This document shows positions 61,331 to 64,000 of a DNA stretch of 64,000 nt, piece after piece (the first letter of the stretch is position 1; the number at the start of each line of letters is the position of its first letter). The stretch is taken from the NCBI GenBank assembly GCA_964016885.1, contig OZ024740.1:421352001-421416000 (forward strand), read 5' to 3'. The notes under the pieces are model-generated. The model was given only the letters and a program-made list of their open reading frames with translations. It was not told the origin of the DNA and made no database searches. Source of the DNA: Eledone cirrhosa. Its lineage: Eukaryota. A program made the translations under genes and the position numbers.

Positions 61331-64000
61331 ACTACACATCTCACCTGTCACAATATTACATATCTCACCTGTTACAATACTATATATCTCACCTGTCACA
61401 ATACTACATATCTCACCTGTCACAATACTATATATCTCACCTGTCACAATACTATATATCACATCTGTCACAATACTACATATCTCACCTGTCACAATAC
61501 TACATATCTCACCTGTCACAATACTATATATCTCACCTGTCACAATACTACATATCTCACCTGTCACAATATTACATATCTCACCTGTCACAATATTACA
61601 TATCTCACCTGTCACAATACTACATATCTCACTTGTCACAATACTATATATCTCACCTGTCACAATACTATATATCTCACCTGTCACAATACTATATATC
61701 TCACCTGTCACAATACTATATATCTCACTTGTCACAATACTATATATCTCACCTCTCACAATACTATATATCTCACCTGTCACAATACTACATATCTCAC
61801 CTGTTACAATATTATATATCTCACTTGTTACAATACTATATATCTCACCTGTCACAATACTATATATCTCACCCGTTACAATACTACATATCTCACCTGT
61901 CACAATACTACATATCTCACCTGTCACAATACTATATATCTCACCTGTCACAATACTACATATTTCACCTTTCACAATACTATATATCTCACCTGTCACA
62001 ATATTATATATCTCACCTGTCACAATACTATATATCTCACCTGTCACAACACTATATATCTCACCTGTCACAATACTATATATCTCACCTGTCACAATAC
62101 TATATATCTCACCTGTCACAATACTACATATCTCACCTGTCACAATATTACATATCTCACCTGTTACAATACTACATATCTCACCTGTCACAATATTACA
62201 TATCTCACCTGTCACAATATTACATATCTCACCTGTTACAATACTATTTATCTCACCTGTCACAATACTATATATCTCACCTGTCACAATACTACATATC
62301 TCACCTGTCACAATACTACATATCTCACCTATCACAATATTATATATCTCACCTGTCACAATATTACATATCTCACCTGTCACTATACTATATATCTCAC
62401 CTGTCACAATACTACATATCTCACCTGTCACAATATTATATATTTCACATGTCACAATACTACATATCTCACCTGTCACAATACTATATATCTCACCTGT
62501 CACAACATTATATATCTCACCTGTCACAATACTATATATCTGACCTGTCACAATACTACACACCTCACCTGTCACAATATTACATATCTCACCTGTGACA
62601 ATATTACACATCTCACCTGTCACAATATTACATATCTCACCTGTCACAATACTACATACCTCACTTGTCACAATACTCCATCTCTCACCTGACACAATAC
62701 TACATATCTCAGCTATCACAATACTACATATCTCACCTGTCACAATATTACATATCTCACCTGTCACAATACTACATATCTCATCTGTCACAATACTACA
62801 TATCTCACCTGTCACAATACTATATATCTCACTTGTCACAACATTATATATCTCACCTATCACAATACTACATATCTTACCTGTCACAATACTATATATC
62901 TCACCTGTCACAATACTATATATCTCACCTGTCACAACATTATATATCTCACCTGTCACAATACTACATATCTCACCTGTCACAATACTATATATCTCAC
63001 CTGTCACAATACTATATATCTCACCTGTCACAATACTACATATCTCACCTGTCACAATACTACATATCCACCTGTCACAATATTACATATCTCACCTGTC
63101 ACAAAACTACATATCTCACCTGTTACAATACTACATATCTCACTTGTCACAATATTACATATCTCACCTGTCACAATATTACATATCTCACCTGTTACAA
63201 TACTATATATCTCACCTGTCACTACTATTTATCTCACCTGTCACAATACTACATATCTCACCTGTCACAATACTACATATCTCACCTGTCACAATATTAC
63301 ATATCTCACCTGTCACAATATTACATATCTCACCTGTCACAATATTACATATCTTACCTGTTACAATACTATATATCTCACCTGTCACAATACTACATAT
63401 CTCACCTGTCACAATACTACATATCTCACCTGTCACAATACTATATATCTCACCTGTCACAATACTACATATCTCACCTGTCACAATATTACATATCTCA
63501 CCTGTCACAATACTACATATCTCACCTGTCACAATATTATATATCTCACCTGACATAATACTACATATCTCACCTGTCACAATACTACATATCTCACCTG
63601 TCACAACACTATATATCTCACTGGTCCCAATACTACATATCTCACCTGTCACAATATTACATATCTCACCTGTCACAATATTACATATCTCACCTGTCAC
63701 AATACTACATATCTCACCTGTTACAATACTACAGATCTCACCTGTCACAATACTATATATCTCACCTGTTACAATACTACATATCTCACCTGTCACAATA
63801 CTACATATCTCACTTGTCACAATACTATATATCTCACCTGTCACAATACTATATATCTCACCTGTCACAATATTATATATCTCACCTGTCACAATACTAT
63901 ATATCTCACCTGTCACAATACTATATATATCACCTGTCACAATACTATATATCTCACCTGTTACAATACTACATATCTCACCTGTCACAATACTACATAT
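60360..64000. repeat. Copy of the ~51.95-55.64 kb block at +8.34 to +8.41 kb
   Basis: 52812/61223 (+8411), 54326/62665 and 54873/63212 (+8339), CTGACATAAT 55187/63550 (+8363). Both share the 23-bp ATATCCAC monomer, CAGCTATC and CACTGGTCCC. Confidence 0.87.

Larger units (their letters stand above)
1..64000. repeat. Tandem satellite array, 24-bp monomer CTGTCACAATAYTAYATATCTCAC, about 2,670 head-to-tail copies, extending past both window edges
   Basis: 24-bp periodicity on every line of the sequence. All translated ORFs show 8-aa periodicity. No inversion or non-repeat insertion seen. Confidence 0.99.
47100..64000. repeat. Second satellite domain: same 24-bp monomer, different variant repertoire and higher-order periods
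   Basis: No ATTAAA/TTTAA-CACGTG, TATTGCTC, AATGCT or CCCATC markers seen. Enriched in CTGACC, CACACC, GTGACA, CTCCATCTC, TCTTACC, CAACATT, ATAGCTC, TTTCACCTTTC and TACTGCAT. Confidence 0.85.

Noticed and set aside
1-64000. CRISPR array (24-bp repeat length)
   Set aside because: Monomers are contiguous with no unique spacers, no leader and no cas genes.
1-64000. Bacterial Pho box, CRP site or replication iterons (CTGTCAC, TCACA half-sites)
   Set aside because: Pho boxes need 11-bp spaced half-sites and CRP needs a TGTGA-N6-TCACA palindrome. Neither geometry is present, and there is no rep gene or other prokaryotic context.
1-64000. Direct product of telomerase or a rolling reverse transcriptase copying one short template
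   Set aside because: Rare variants are inherited in fixed order across multi-kilobase blocks, which indicates DNA-level duplication, not repeated copying of a single 24-nt template.
1-64000. RIP-like CpA-to-TpA hypermutation
   Set aside because: Some CA-to-TA variants exist, but most CpA sites are intact, one main polymorphic site is CpT, and transversions are common.
1-64000. Low-complexity sequencing artefact
   Set aside because: Specific variants recur reproducibly in hierarchical order, which random error would not produce. The copy number of the large blocks still needs read support.

Overview
The whole 64-kb window is one uninterrupted, single-orientation tandem satellite array of a 24-bp monomer, consensus CTGTCACAATAYTAYATATCTCAC (about 2,670 copies, about one third GC, only one G per monomer on the + strand). 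I found no unique sequence, gene, RNA gene, transposon or CRISPR spacer. All ORFs in the track are by-products of the monomer being 8 codons long and stop-free in four of six frames (ISPVTILH, TCHNTTYL, SQYYISHL, IVTGEICS). The information lies in the order of variant monomers, which shows nested higher-order structure. A very young head-to-tail duplication of about 15 kb (12564-27570 / 27571-42697) overlies an older ~12-kb repeat that contains 984-bp, ~1270-bp and 240-bp tandem duplications. An unexpanded version of that unit lies at ~42.3-47.1 kb. A second array domain with a different variant set starts near 47.1 kb and has its own 0.46, 1.2, 4.9 and 8.4-kb periodicities. It looks like eukaryotic-type satellite DNA, but organism and chromosomal location cannot be determined from the sequence. 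Breakpoints were placed by eye and are accurate to about 1-2 monomers.
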